This document shows positions 14,125 through 25,305 of a stretch of DNA of 64,000 bases, one piece after another. Made by a program: the position numbers and the translations under genes. The DNA lies in NCBI RefSeq assembly GCF_009914755.1, contig NC_060934.1; one strand, written 5' to 3'. The stretch comes from the human T2T-CHM13v2.0 reference genome, Homo sapiens. How positions within the stretch are numbered: the first letter of the stretch is position 1; each line of letters opens with the position of its first letter. The notes beneath the pieces were generated by a model. The model made no database searches and was not told the origin of the DNA. It saw nothing but the letters and a program-made list of their open reading frames with translations.

Positions 14125-15556
14125 TACAAATGGTGATGATCATCAGGTCAAGGATAGTCTGGAGCAATTGAGATGTCACTTTACATGGGAGTTATCCATT
14201 GATGACGATGAAATGCCTGATTTAGAAAACAGAGTCTTGGATCAGATTGAATTCCTAGACACCAAATACAGTGTGGGAATACACAACCTACTAGCCTATG
14301 TGAAACACCTGAAAGGCCAGAATGAGGAAGCCCTGAAGAGCTTAAAAGAAGCTGAAAACTTAATGCAGGAAGAACATGACAACCAAGCAAATGTGAGGAG
14401 TCTGGTGACCTGGGGCAACTTTGCCTGGATGTATTACCACATGGGCAGACTGGCAGAAGCCCAGACTTACCTGGACAAGGTGGAGAACATTTGCAAGAAG
14501 CTTTCAAATCCCTTCCGCTATAGAATGGAGTGTCCAGAAATAGACTGTGAGGAAGGATGGGCCTTGCTGAAGTGTGGAGGAAAGAATTATGAACGGGCCA
14601 AGGCCTGCTTTGAAAAGGTGCTTGAAGTGGACCCTGAAAACCCTGAATCCAGCGCTGGGTATGCGATCTCTGCCTATCGCCTGGATGGCTTTAAATTAGC
14701 CACAAAAAATCACAAGCCATTTTCTTTGCTTCCCCTAAGGCAGGCTGTCCGCTTAAATCCAGACAATGGATATATTAAGGTTCTCCTTGCCCTGAAGCTT
14801 CAGGATGAAGGACAGGAAGCTGAAGGAGAAAAGTACATTGAAGAAGCTCTAGCCAACATGTCCTCACAGACCTATGTCTTTCGATATGCAGCCAAGTTTT
14901 ACCGAAGAAAAGGCTCTGTGGATAAAGCTCTTGAGTTATTAAAAAAGGCCTTGCAGGAAACACCCACTTCTGTCTTACTGCATCACCAGATAGGGCTTTG
15001 CTACAAGGCACAAATGATCCAAATCAAGGAGGCTACAAAAGGGCAGCCTAGAGGGCAGAACAGAGAAAAGCTAGACAAAATGATAAGATCAGCCATATTT
15101 CATTTTGAATCTGCAGTGGAAAAAAAGCCCACATTTGAGGTGGCTCATCTAGACCTGGCAAGAATGTATATAGAAGCAGGCAATCACAGAAAAGCTGAAG
15201 AGAATTTTCAAAAATTGTTATGCATGAAACCAGTGGTAGAAGAAACAATGCAAGACATACATTTCCACTATGGTCGGTTTCAGGAATTTCAAAAGAAATC
15301 TGACGTCAATGCAATTATCCATTATTTAAAAGCTATAAAAATAGAACAGGCATCATTAACAAGGGATAAAAGTATCAATTCTTTGAAGAAATTGGTTTTA
15401 AGGAAACTTCGGAGAAAGGCATTAGATCTGGAAAGCTTGAGCCTCCTTGGGTTCGTCTACAAATTGGAAGGAAATATGAATGAAGCCCTGGAGTACTATG
15501 AGCGGGCCCTGAGACTGGCTGCTGACTTTGAGAACTCTGTGAGACAAGGTCCTTAG
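14125..15556 (+). CDS. IFIT1: IFIT1 exon 2: interferon-induced TPR protein 1 (ISG56), cap0/5'-ppp RNA binder; 478 aa in total
   Basis: Acceptor ttttacag|TACAAAT; CHFTW motif; TPR repeats; C-terminus YYERALRL...SVRQGP; 5+1432=1437 nt. Confidence 0.99.
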
Positions 15557-15677
15557 GCACCCAGATATCAGCCACTTTCACATTTCATTTCATTTTATGC
15601 TAACATTTACTAATCATCTTTTCTGCTTACTGTTTTCAGAAACATTATAATTCACTGTAATGATGTAATTCTTGAAT

Positions 15678-15870
15678 AATAAATCTGACAAAATATTAGT
15701 TGTGTTCAACAATTAGTGAAACAGAATGTGTGTATGCATGTAAGAAAGAGAAATCATTTGTATGAGTGCTATGTAGTAGAGAAAAAATGTTAGTTAACTT
15801 TGTAGGAAATAAAACATTGGACTTACACTAAATGTTTAATTCATTCATTTTATTGTGAAATAAAAATAAA
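15678..15870 (+). terminator. IFIT1: IFIT1 proximal polyadenylation signals
   Basis: AATAAA at 15678, 15808, 15859 and 15865; the first is followed by a GT-rich element (gttgtgttc). Confidence 0.8.
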
Positions 15871-16515
15871 ATCCTTAGCTCCTCCACCAACTGAACAGAC
15901 CCTCTGGCCAAGGAGACCCCAGAAACCTTAAAAACTAAGTTTCCCAACCATGACAAGATGAGAGATCATTCACACCTCATTATATTCCCTCCCTTGCTAA
16001 CTGCCATTGGACTTTTTCCACTGAGTTAAACAGAAACCCATGGAAAACAAAGAACAGAAGACTCACTCCTTGGCTGACTTCACCTAGCTCACTCCACGTA
16101 GCGCCACAGCCAGACTCCCCTCCCCTCTTGCGGTTTCCACATGACAACTGATCAGCCTTCCCTCCTGATAAGTGACCACTGCCCACAGACTGGTTCTGGC
16201 CAGTCCATGGAGGCTGCACACAGGGTGCCTCTATGTCCTTTGTTTCACCTTTTGACATAGAAAGGCTAATTTTGCTGTATTTTAATGTTAAGTCTCCACC
16301 ACAGAGTGAACACAGAATGCATGTGACATACATGTTTACATACCACTATTGTGTGACTGCCCCTCATGAATATTCATAGCCCCCCATAACCTGTTAACTA
16401 TGTGTGTCTAGCCAATCCACCAACCATAAAACTTCTGTAATACCCTCCCTTCCTCCAAGAGCCTGCTTTTGGTTGCTGTGGTAGGCTCTGCTTCCCAGGC
16501 TGCAGGTTGCAGGAG
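15854..16515 (+). mobile_element. ERV1 (MER4-group-like) solo LTR
   Basis: tgtgaaataaaaataaaatcc...ggccaaggagaccccagaaacctt start; catgaatattcatagc motif. Confidence 0.65.
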
Positions 16516-16518
16516 AGG

Positions 16519-16815
16519 AGGCTGCAGTGGCTCACGCCTGTAATCTCAGCACTTCGATGGGACGAGGCAGGCAGATCACCTGAACCCAGGAGTTCGAGAG
16601 CAGCCTTGGCAATGGCAAAACCAACCGTCTCTACAAAAAATGCAAAAACTTAGCTGGGTGTGGTGGCATGCACCTGTAGCTTCAGTTCCAGCTACTCAGG
16701 AGGCTGAGGTGAGTGGACTGCTGGAGCCAGGGAGTTCGAGGCTGCAGTGTCGAGATCTTGCCACTGCACTCCATTCTGGATGATAGAACGAGACCCCATC
16801 TCAAAAAAAAAAAAA
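16519..16815 (+). mobile_element. AluJ
   Basis: Diverged Alu dimer with A-tail. Confidence 0.9.
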
Positions 16816-17286
16816 GTTCTCTCCAATTGTATATAGCTTGTGATTTTATGTCAACACTATCAATAAATAGCTTTCAGTGCAAGAAACCAAAAATACTGTA
16901 ATAAACAGGCACATATTCTTCCCAAACCTCATGCAGTTTACAATCTAGTGAGAGACACAGATAGCAGTACAGAGTCAATTAAAGGTTAGTTTTCTTCATG
17001 AAGATGTTTTAATTTTAATTCAATGTGAAAGGGTTCCAAGGAGTTTATCTTGTTTTATGCCATTTTATTTGAAGCACTACTTACTAAGTCATTTGCTGAT
17101 ATTAATCTAGTTAAATCAAGAAATATTACATGAAAATGTTGCTAAATCAGAGATCATGGGTAACAATCACCTTTGATTATGAATAATCATATTTTATTGA
17201 AAGGCAAGGCACAACAAATAATAAGAAGGAAAAAATAAATAAGCAATGTTATTGATCTTTCATTCTGTATATGTTTTGGGGGGAAT

Positions 17287-17761
17287 ATACTAGTTTCTTT
17301 TAGTGGCTGTAACAAATTACCACAAACTTGGTGACTTAAAATTTCACAGATTTACTCTTTCTTACAGTTCTGGAGGTCAGAAGTCTGAAATGGGTTTCAA
17401 TGAGCCAAAGTCAAGGTATTGATGACGCTACACTCCTCCGGAGGCTCTAGGCAGATAGCCTTTTCCAGCTTCCAGAGGCTGCCTGAATTCTTTCATCCAT
17501 CTTAAAAACCAACAGTGTAGTAGCCTCAAATCTCTCTCTCTGCTTCCTTCTTCACATCTCCTTCTCTCCTCTGACTCTTTTGCCTCTTTCTTCTAAGGAC
17601 GCACCAGGTCCACCTGCATAATCCAGAATAATTGCCCCATCCGCAAATCCTTAATTTAATAACATCTGCAAAGTCCCTTTTGCTATGTAAAGTAGCATGT
17701 TCACAGGTTCTGGAGACTTGGCCATGGATACGATTGCGGGGGGGGCATTATTCTTACCACA
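17287..17761 (-). mobile_element. MLT1 (B/C-like) MaLR LTR
   Basis: gctgtaacaaattaccacaaacttggtgacttaaa...cagttctggaggtcagaagtctgaaat. Confidence 0.85.
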
Positions 17762-18059
17762 GAGCACCCCAAGAAAATCTCCAAATTTTGGGCTTCCAAT
17801 CCATTTTGCTTCAATTATTTAATATTTTTACTCCTTCCAGTAGATACTGATTTCATCCATTGCCCTTAAGAAGGTAGGACAGAGATTATGGCACATCTCA
17901 CATTAAATGCTATATTTTCGTTGGAAATACATTTTTTGCTTCAACTTTTATTTTAAATTCAAGGGTACATGTGCAGGATGTTCAGGTTTGTTACACAGGT
18001 AAACGTGTGCCATGGCGGTTTGCTGAACAGATCATCCCATCACCAACAGATCATCCCAT

Positions 18060-18681
18060 TGAGAGGTGAAGCCGGCTGGGCTTCTGGGTTGGGTGGGGAC
18101 TTGGAGAACTTTTCTGTCTAGCTAAAGTATTGTAAAATGGACCAGTCAACACTCTGTAAAATGGACCAATCAGCTCTCTGTAAAATGGACCAATCAGCAG
18201 GATGTGGGTGGGGCCAAGTAAGGGAATAAAAGCAGGCCACCCGAGCTGGCAGCGGCAACCCGCTCGGGTCCCCTTCCATGCTGTGGAAGTTTTGTTCTTT
18301 CGCTCTTTCAATAAATCTTGCTGCTGCTCACTCTTTGGGTCTGCACTGCTTTTATGAGCTGTAACACTCACCACGAAGGTCTACGGCTTCACTCCTGAAG
18401 CCAGCGAGACCACAAACCCACCAGGAGGAACAAACAACTCCCGACACACCACCTTTAAGACCTGTAACACTCACTGCAAAGGTCTGCAGCTTCACTCCTG
18501 AAGTCAGCAAGACCACAAACCCACCAGAAGGAAGAAACTCTGGATGCATCTGAACATTGAAAGGAACAAACTCTGGACACACCACCTTTAAGAACTGCAA
18601 CACTCACTGTGAGGGTCCGCAGCTTCATTCTTGAAGTCAGCGAGACCAAGAACCCACTGGAAGGAACCAATTCCAGACAAA
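18060..18681 (+). repeat. 5' LTR12 (622 bp)
   Basis: 2 intact CCAAT boxes; AATAAAA TATA-equivalent at 18225; poly(A) signal AATAAA 18310-18315; U5 tandem repeats. Confidence 0.95.
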
Positions 18682-18684
18682 TTT

Positions 18685-18702
18685 TGGTGACCACGAAGGG
18701 AC
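18685..18702 (+). other. Primer-binding site, tRNA-Arg
   Basis: TGGTGACCACGAAGGGAC, one mismatch to the tRNA-Arg 3' complement TGGCGACCACGAAGGGAC. Confidence 0.85.
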
Positions 18703-19945
18703 TATCGCCTATCACCTATCGCCAAGCAGTGAGTACCATCGGACCCCTTTCACTTGCTATTCATCCTATTTTTCCTTAGAATTCGGGGGCTAAATACTGG
18801 GCACCTGTCGACCAGTTAAAAGCAACTAGTGTGGCCGCCAGACTAAAGACACGGGTGTCAGGCTTTCTGGGAAAGGGCTCTCTAACAACCCCCGACTCTT
18901 TGGAGTTGGGAGCGTTGGTTTGCCTGGAACCAGCTTCCATTATTCCTGTACTTCCAGGCTGAACCAAGGGTTGACAGGGAGGAAAGCCATTCAGCTCTGG
19001 GGTCCTGACAACAAGTTCATTGACCCTGCGGCCATGAGTGAAACTCTCAAAGTCATGTCGCCCAAGTGAGACTCACCTATCTATTCTATCTACCCTAACC
19101 CTTGCCTCCTGGGTCCTAATGCCTGCCAGACAAACTTCCTCTTGCTTCTCTTCTCCGAGGCTAGTCCCGCTTCTAAAAACCACTCCCTGTCTCTGGTGCT
19201 TTTCTAGTTTCCCCTATAAGAATGATTTCTAGTATAAACTTCCGGACTCTGTTACCATCTTTAGGCACCCAGGCTCACCAATGAGAAAGACATAATTTTT
19301 GCCCAAAGCCCCATCGTATGGGGGACTATCTGGAATTTTAGGATCCCTCCTCAGACAAGCAGGCCTAACAAAAGCTATTCCTGAAGCTAGAATATGGGGA
19401 GCCTCAGAAATTGTATCCTTCCTATTCATATAAATGAAGACAAAAGGCATTACGCTTCCAACTCTGGAGCTCCCTTCCCTCCCTCAGGGTATGGCCCTCT
19501 ACTTCATTTTTGGGGCATAACATCTTTATAGGACACAGGTAAGGTCCCAATACCAACAGGAGAATGCTTAGGACTCTAACAGGTTTTAGAGAATGCGTCG
19601 GTAAGGGCCGCTAAGTCCGATTTTTCTCGGTCCTCTTTGTGGTCTAGGAGGACAGGCAAGGGTGCAGGTTTTCGAGAATGTGTAGGTAAGGGCCACTAAA
19701 TCCAACCTTCCTCAGTCCTCCTTGTGGTCTAGGAGGAAAACTAGTGTTTCTGCTGCTGCATTGGTGAGTGCAACTATTCCAATCAGCAGGGTCCAGGGAC
19801 CATTGCGGGTTCTTGGGCAAGAGGTGTTTCTGCTGCTGCATCAGTGAGTGCAACTATTCTGATCAGCAGGGTCCAGAGACCATTGCGGGTTCTTGGGCAG
19901 GGGGAGAAACAAACAAACCAAAACCATGGGTGGTTTTGTCTTTCA

Positions 19946-21401
19946 GAAGGAAAACACTCAGGTATCAACAGGCTCACCCTTGAAATGCATCCTAAGCCAT
20001 TGGGACCAATTTGACCTGCAAACCCTGAAAAAGAGGTGGCTCATTTTTTTCTGTGCTATGGCCTGGCCCCAATATTCTCTCTCTGATGGGGAAAAATGGC
20101 CACCTGAGGGAAGTATAAATTACAATACTATCCTTCAGCTTGATATTTTCTGTAAGAGGGAAGGCAAATGGAGTGAAATACCTTATGTCCAAGCTTTCTT
20201 TTCATTGAAGGAAAATACACAACTATGCAAAGCTTGCAATTTACATCCCACAGGAGGACCTTTCAGCTTATCCCCATATCCTAGCCTTCCTATAGCTCCC
20301 CTTCCTATTAATGATAAGCCTCCTCTAATCTTCCCTGCCCAGAAGGAAATAAGCAAAGAAATCTCCAAAGGACCACAAAAACCCCAGGGCTATTGGTTAT
20401 GTACCCTTCAAGCTGTAGGGGGAGGGGAATTTGGCCCAACCTGGGTACATGTCCCCTGCTCCCTCTCTGATTTAAAGCAGATCAAGGCAGACCTGGAGAA
20501 GTTTTCAGATGATCCTGATAGGTACACAGATGTCCTACAGGGCCTAGGGGAAACCTTCCATCTCACTTAGAGAGATGTCATGCTAGTGGTAGATCAAACC
20601 CTGGCCTTTAATGAAAAGAATGTGGCTTTAGCTGCAGCCTGAGAGTTTGGAGATACCTGGTATCTTAGTCAGATAAATGATAGAATGACAGCCCAAGAAA
20701 GGGACAAATTCCTTACTGGTCAGCAAGCCATCCCCATTATGGATCCCCACTGGGACCTCAACTCAGATCATGGGGACTGGAGTCGTAAACATCTGTTGAC
20801 CTGTGTTCTAGAAGGACTAAGGAGAATTAGGAAAAAGCCCACGAATTATTCAGTGATGTCCACCATAACTAAGGGAAAGGAAGAAAATCCTTCTGCCGTC
20901 CTTGAGCGGCTACGGGAGGCCTTAAGAAAATATGCTCCCCTGTCATCTGAATCACTAGAGGGTCAATTGATTCTAAAATATAAGTTTATTACCCAATCAG
21001 CCACAGATATCAGGAGAAAGCTCCAAAAGCAAGCCCTGGGCCCTGAACAAAATTTGGAGGCATTATTAAACCTGGCAACCTCGGTGTTCTATAATAGGGA
21101 CCAAGAGGAACAGGCCGAAAAGGAAAAGCGAGATCAGAGAAAGACCGCAGCCTTAGTCGTGGCCCTCAGACAAACAAACCTTGGTGGTTCAGAGAGGACA
21201 GAAAATGGAGCATGCCAATCACCCGGTAGGGCTTGTTATCAGTGTGGTTTACAAGGACGCTTTAAAAAAGACTGTCCAAACAAGCTGCCCCCTCACCCAT
21301 GTCCACTATGCCAAAGCAATCACTGGAAGGCACACTGCCCCAGAGGACAAAGGTTCTCTGGGACAGAAGCCCCCAACCAGATGATCCAACAACAGGACTG
21401 A
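19946..21401 (+). pseudogene. HERV9 gag, disrupted
   Basis: MA-like WPQYSL, MHR-like GKEENPSAVLERLREAL, zinc knuckles CYQC..C (His lost) and CPLC..H..C; stops at ~20568 and ~20640. Confidence 0.9.
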
Positions 21402-22660
21402 GGGTGCCTGGGGCAAGCACCAGCTCATGTCATCACTCTCACTGAGCCCCAGGTATGTATAACCATTGAGGGGCAGGAAATTGACTTCCTCCTGGACACT
21501 GGTGCAGCTTTCTCAGTGTTAGTCTCCTGTCCTGGACAGCTGTCCTCAAGTTCCATTACCATCCAAGGAATCCTGGGACAGCCTGTAACCAGGTGTTTCT
21601 CCCACCTCCTCAGATGTAATTGGGAGACTTTGCTCTTTTCACATGTCTTTCTTGTTATGCCTGAAAGTCCCACACCCTTATTAGGGAGGGATATATTAGC
21701 CAAAGCTGGAGCTATTATCTAAACGAATATGAGGAATAAGTTACCCATTTGTTGTCCCCTACTTGAGAGGGGAATCAACCCTGAAGTCTGGGCATTGGAA
21801 GAAACAAACTCAAGCTCTAGCCTTAAGCCTTCCCAAAGGATGAAACTTTTCTTTAAACATCACAGAGAAAGCAGAAATAGCTCCTGGGGTCCTTACTCAG
21901 ACTCGTGGGACAACCCCATGACCAGTGGCATACCTAAGTAAGGAAACTGATATAGTAGCAAAAGGCTGGCCTCACTGTTTAAGGGTAGTTGTGGCAGTGG
22001 CCATCTTAGTGTCAGAGGCTATCAAAATAATATAAGGAAAGGGTCTCACTGTCTGGATACTCATGATGTAAATGGCATACTAGGTGCCAAAGGAAGTTTA
22101 TGGCTATCAGACAACTGCCTACTTAGATACCAGGTGCTACTCCTTGAGGGACCAGTGCTTCAAATACCTATATGCGTGGCCCTCAACCCTGCCACTTTTC
22201 TCCCAGAGGTTGGGGAACCAATTGAGCATGACTGCCAACAAATTAGTCCAGACTTATGCTGCCCGAGATGATCCCTTAGAAGTCCCCTTAGCTAATCCTG
22301 ACCTTAACCTATATACCGATGGAAGTTCATTTATGGAGAATGGGATACAAAGGACAGATTATGCCATATTTAGCGATGTAACCATACTTGAAAGTAAGCC
22401 TCTTCCCCCAGGGACCAGCACCCAGTTAGGAGAACTAGTGGCACTTACCCGAGCCTTAGAACTGGGAAAGGAAAAAGCAATAAATGTGTATACAGAGAGC
22501 AACCATGCTTATCTAATCCTACATGCCCATGCTGCAATATGGAAAGAAAGGGAGTTCCTAACCTCTGGGGGAACCCCCATTAAATAACACAGGGAAACCA
22601 CGGAGTTATTGCACGCGGTGCAAAAACCCAAGGAGGTGGCAGTCTTACACTGCTGAAGCC
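21402..22660 (+). pseudogene. HERV9 pro and pol remnant (RT and IN deleted, RNase H retained)
   Basis: Protease FLLDTGA at ~21486; RNase H LYTDGSS...ELVALTRAL; stops and frameshifts. Confidence 0.85.
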
Positions 22661-23466
22661 ATCAAAAGGTGAAGGAGAGGGAAGAACAGCAGCATAAGCC
22701 ACTGGCAGAGGCAGGGAAACACCAGCAGAAAGGAAAGCAAGAAAGAGACAGAAAGTCAGAGAGAGAGAGACAGAGAGAGGAAGAGAGAGACGAAGAAGTC
22801 AAAGAGAGAGATAGAAGTAGTAAAGAAAAAACAGTGTACCCTATTCCTTTAAAAGCCAGGGTAAATTTAAAACCTATAATTGATAACTGAAGGTCTTCTC
22901 AGAAACCCTATAACACTCCAATACCACCTTGCTGTCAGTGTAAACAAGGGCGTAGCCTGAAAGCACTGAGGCCACTGACAACCAGTAGCCTTCCTATCAA
23001 AAATCCTTACCCAGCAGGTTTCCTAACAGGGGATCTAAATCTTAATTAATTCCCATACAAAGGTCTGACCAGATCTAGGAGGAACTCCCTTCAGGACAGG
23101 ACGGATAGATGGTTCCTCCTGGGCAATTAAGGAAAAAAAAAACACAATGGGTATTCAGTAAATAATAAGGAAACTCTTGTAGAAGCAGTGTTAGGAAAAT
23201 TGCCTAATAATTGGTCTGCTCAAATGTGTCAGCTGTTTGCACTCAGCCAAACCTTAAAATACTTACAGAATCAGGAAGGAGCCATCTATACCAATTCTAA
23301 GTTAATATGGACTGAACGAGGTCTTACTAATAGCAAAGAATAATTGAAATCCCAAACTTACAAGGTTTTCAACTAACGTAAAGTTTGCTAAAAGTTAACA
23401 GTGTAACATGCATTATCCTACTACCATACACTCTCAAAGGATTTCTCAGACAGTTTGCATGAAATA

Positions 23467-23901
23467 ATGAAATCTATCCTTACTCTACAATCCCAAACAG
23501 ACTCTTTGGCAGCAGTGACTCTCCAAAATCGCCAAGGCCTAGACCTCCTCACTGCTGAGAAAGGAGGACTGTGCAGCTTCTTAGGGGAAGAGTGTTGTTT
23601 TTACACTAACCAGTCAGGGATAGCACGAGATGCCACCCGGTGTTTACAGGAAAAGGCTTCTGAAATCAGACAACACCTTTCAAACTCTTATACCAACCTC
23701 TGGAGTTGGGCAACATGGCTTCTCCCCTTTCTAGGTCCTGTGGCAGCCATCTTGCTGTTACTTGCCTTTGGGCCCTGTGTTTTTAACCTTCTTGTCAAAT
23801 TTGTTTCCTCTAGAATTGAGGCCCTCAAGCTACAGATGGTCTTACAAATGGAACCCCAAATGAGTTCAACTAACAACTTCTACCGAGGACCCCTGGACTG
23901 A
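23467..23901 (+). pseudogene. HERV9 env TM remnant, 144-aa open frame
   Basis: ISD LQNRQGLDLLTAEKGGLC, CX6CC (CSFLGEECC) and membrane anchor; SU missing. Confidence 0.85.
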
Positions 23902-24054
23902 CCTGCTGGCCCTTCCACTGGCCTAAAGAGTTCCCCTCTGGAGGACACTACACCTACAGGGCCCCTTCTTCGCCCCTATCCAGCAGAAAGTAGCTAGAGC
24001 AGTCATCAGCCAAATTCCCATCAGCAATTGGGGTGTCCTGTTTAGAGGGGGGAT

Positions 24055-24790
24055 TGAGAGGTGAAGCTGGCTGGGCTTCTGGGTCAGGTGGGGACTCAGA
24101 GAACTTTTCTGTCTAGCTAAAGAATTGTAAACGCACCAATCAGCACTCTGTGTGTAGCTAAAAGTTTGTAAACGCACCAATCAGCACTCTGTCAAAATGG
24201 ACCAATCAGCACTCTGTAAAATGGACCAATCAGCACTCTGTAAAATGGACCAATCAGCACTTTGTAAAGTGGACCAATCAGCTCTCTGTAAAATGGACCA
24301 ATCAGCAGGATATGGGTGGAGCCAAATAAGGGAATAAAAGCAGGCCACCCCAGCCAGCAGCGGCAACCTGCTCGGGTCTGCTTCCACGTCGTGGAAGTTT
24401 TGTTCTTTCGCTCTTCGCAACAAATCTTGCTGCTGCTCACTCTTTGGGTCCACACTGCCTTTATGAGCTGTAACACTCACCACAAAGGTCTACGGCTTTA
24501 CTCCTGAAGTCAGTGAAACCACGAACCCACCGGGAGGAACGAACAACTCCGGACGCGCCACCTTTAAGATCTGTAACACTCACTGTGAAGGTCTGCAGCT
24601 GCACTCCTGAAGTCAGCAAGACCACGAACTCACCAGAAGGAAGAAACTCCAGACACATCTGAACATCGAAAGGAACAAACTCCAGACACGCCATCTTTAA
24701 CAACTGTAGCACTCACAGCGAGAGTCCGCAGCTTCATTCTTGAAGTCAGCAAGACCAAAAACCTACTGGAAGGAACCAATTCCGGACACA
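24055..24790 (+). repeat. 3' LTR12 (736 bp)
   Basis: Preceded by PPT AGAGGGGGGA (24044-24053); 7 CCAAT boxes; AATAAAA at 24333; poly(A) position reads AACAAA (24419-24424). Confidence 0.95.
24634..24694 (-). CDS. LIPA: Putative LTR-derived antisense coding exon (MACLEFVPFDVQMCLEFLPS-G), probably an alternative N-terminus of LIPA
   Basis: Strong Kozak AAGATGG, 61 nt, then consensus donor CTG|GTGAGT; acceptor ttccttccag at ~24766; LIPA assignment from recollection, not verified. Confidence 0.6.
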
Positions 24791-24990
24791 CCATCACCTA
24801 CGTATTAAGCTCAGCATCACTTAGCTATACTTCTTGATGCTCTCCCTCCCACCACCCCCAACTCCAACAAGCCCCAGTGTGTGTTGTTCCCCACTGTGTC
24901 CGTGTGTTCTCATCATTTAGCTCCCACTTACAAGTGAGAACATGCAGTGTTTGGTTTCTGTTCCTGCATTAGTTTGCTGAGGATAATCAC

Positions 24991-25175
24991 TGGAAATACT
25001 TGCTCTGTATTTAGATTTCATAAAATTTGCAACTTATAAAAAGCAGATTCGTATACCTAAGTTATTCCAAATGTAAGTTTTCTATTAACTTATCAGTTTT
25101 TAAATTTATATTAAATTAAAAATCAGGTTCTTAATAGCCACAGGTGACCAGCAGTTTCTGTATAAGACAGTACAA
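24991..25175. mobile_element. Charlie1/MER33-type hAT fragment (other part at ~17900-17930)
   Basis: ggaaatacttgctctgtatttagatttcataaaattt...tagccacaggtg resembles the Charlie1 terminal region. Confidence 0.6.
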
Positions 25176-25305
25176 CTGTTAGAAGTGATTGCTTTAAATG
25201 AGGCACTCGCTTCAGGCACTAAGTTTTGAGGGGTGGGGTGCCAGAAGCTCAGTGATCAAGGTAGACAATATTTCAATGCAATATGTTTTTAAAAATTCAA
25301 AATCA

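Larger units (their letters stand above)
18060..24790 (+). mobile_element. HERV9 provirus with two LTR12, internally deleted
   Basis: Paired LTRs starting TGAGAGGTGAAGC; 4-bp TSD CCAT (18056-18059, 24791-24794); PBS, gag/pro/RNaseH/env remnants and PPT. Confidence 0.97.
17931..24990 (-). mobile_element. 5'-truncated L1PA 3' end (~330 bp), split by the HERV9
   Basis: L1 3'UTR antisense at 17931-18059 and 24791-24990; TSD TGGAAATAC at 17922-17930 and 24991-24999. Confidence 0.85.

Noticed and set aside
14181-15581. Antisense ORFs over IFIT1, mirrored over IFIT5 (MPCSK...)
   Set aside because: Shadows of the paralogous sense CDSs
18355-18660. Tandem repeats in LTR U5, also the ERV leader repeats at 19540-19900
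   Set aside because: Intrinsic to LTR12/HERV9
24125-24310. CRISPR-like 24-bp periodic repeats
   Set aside because: No unique spacers; LTR12 U3 CCAAT repeats in human DNA
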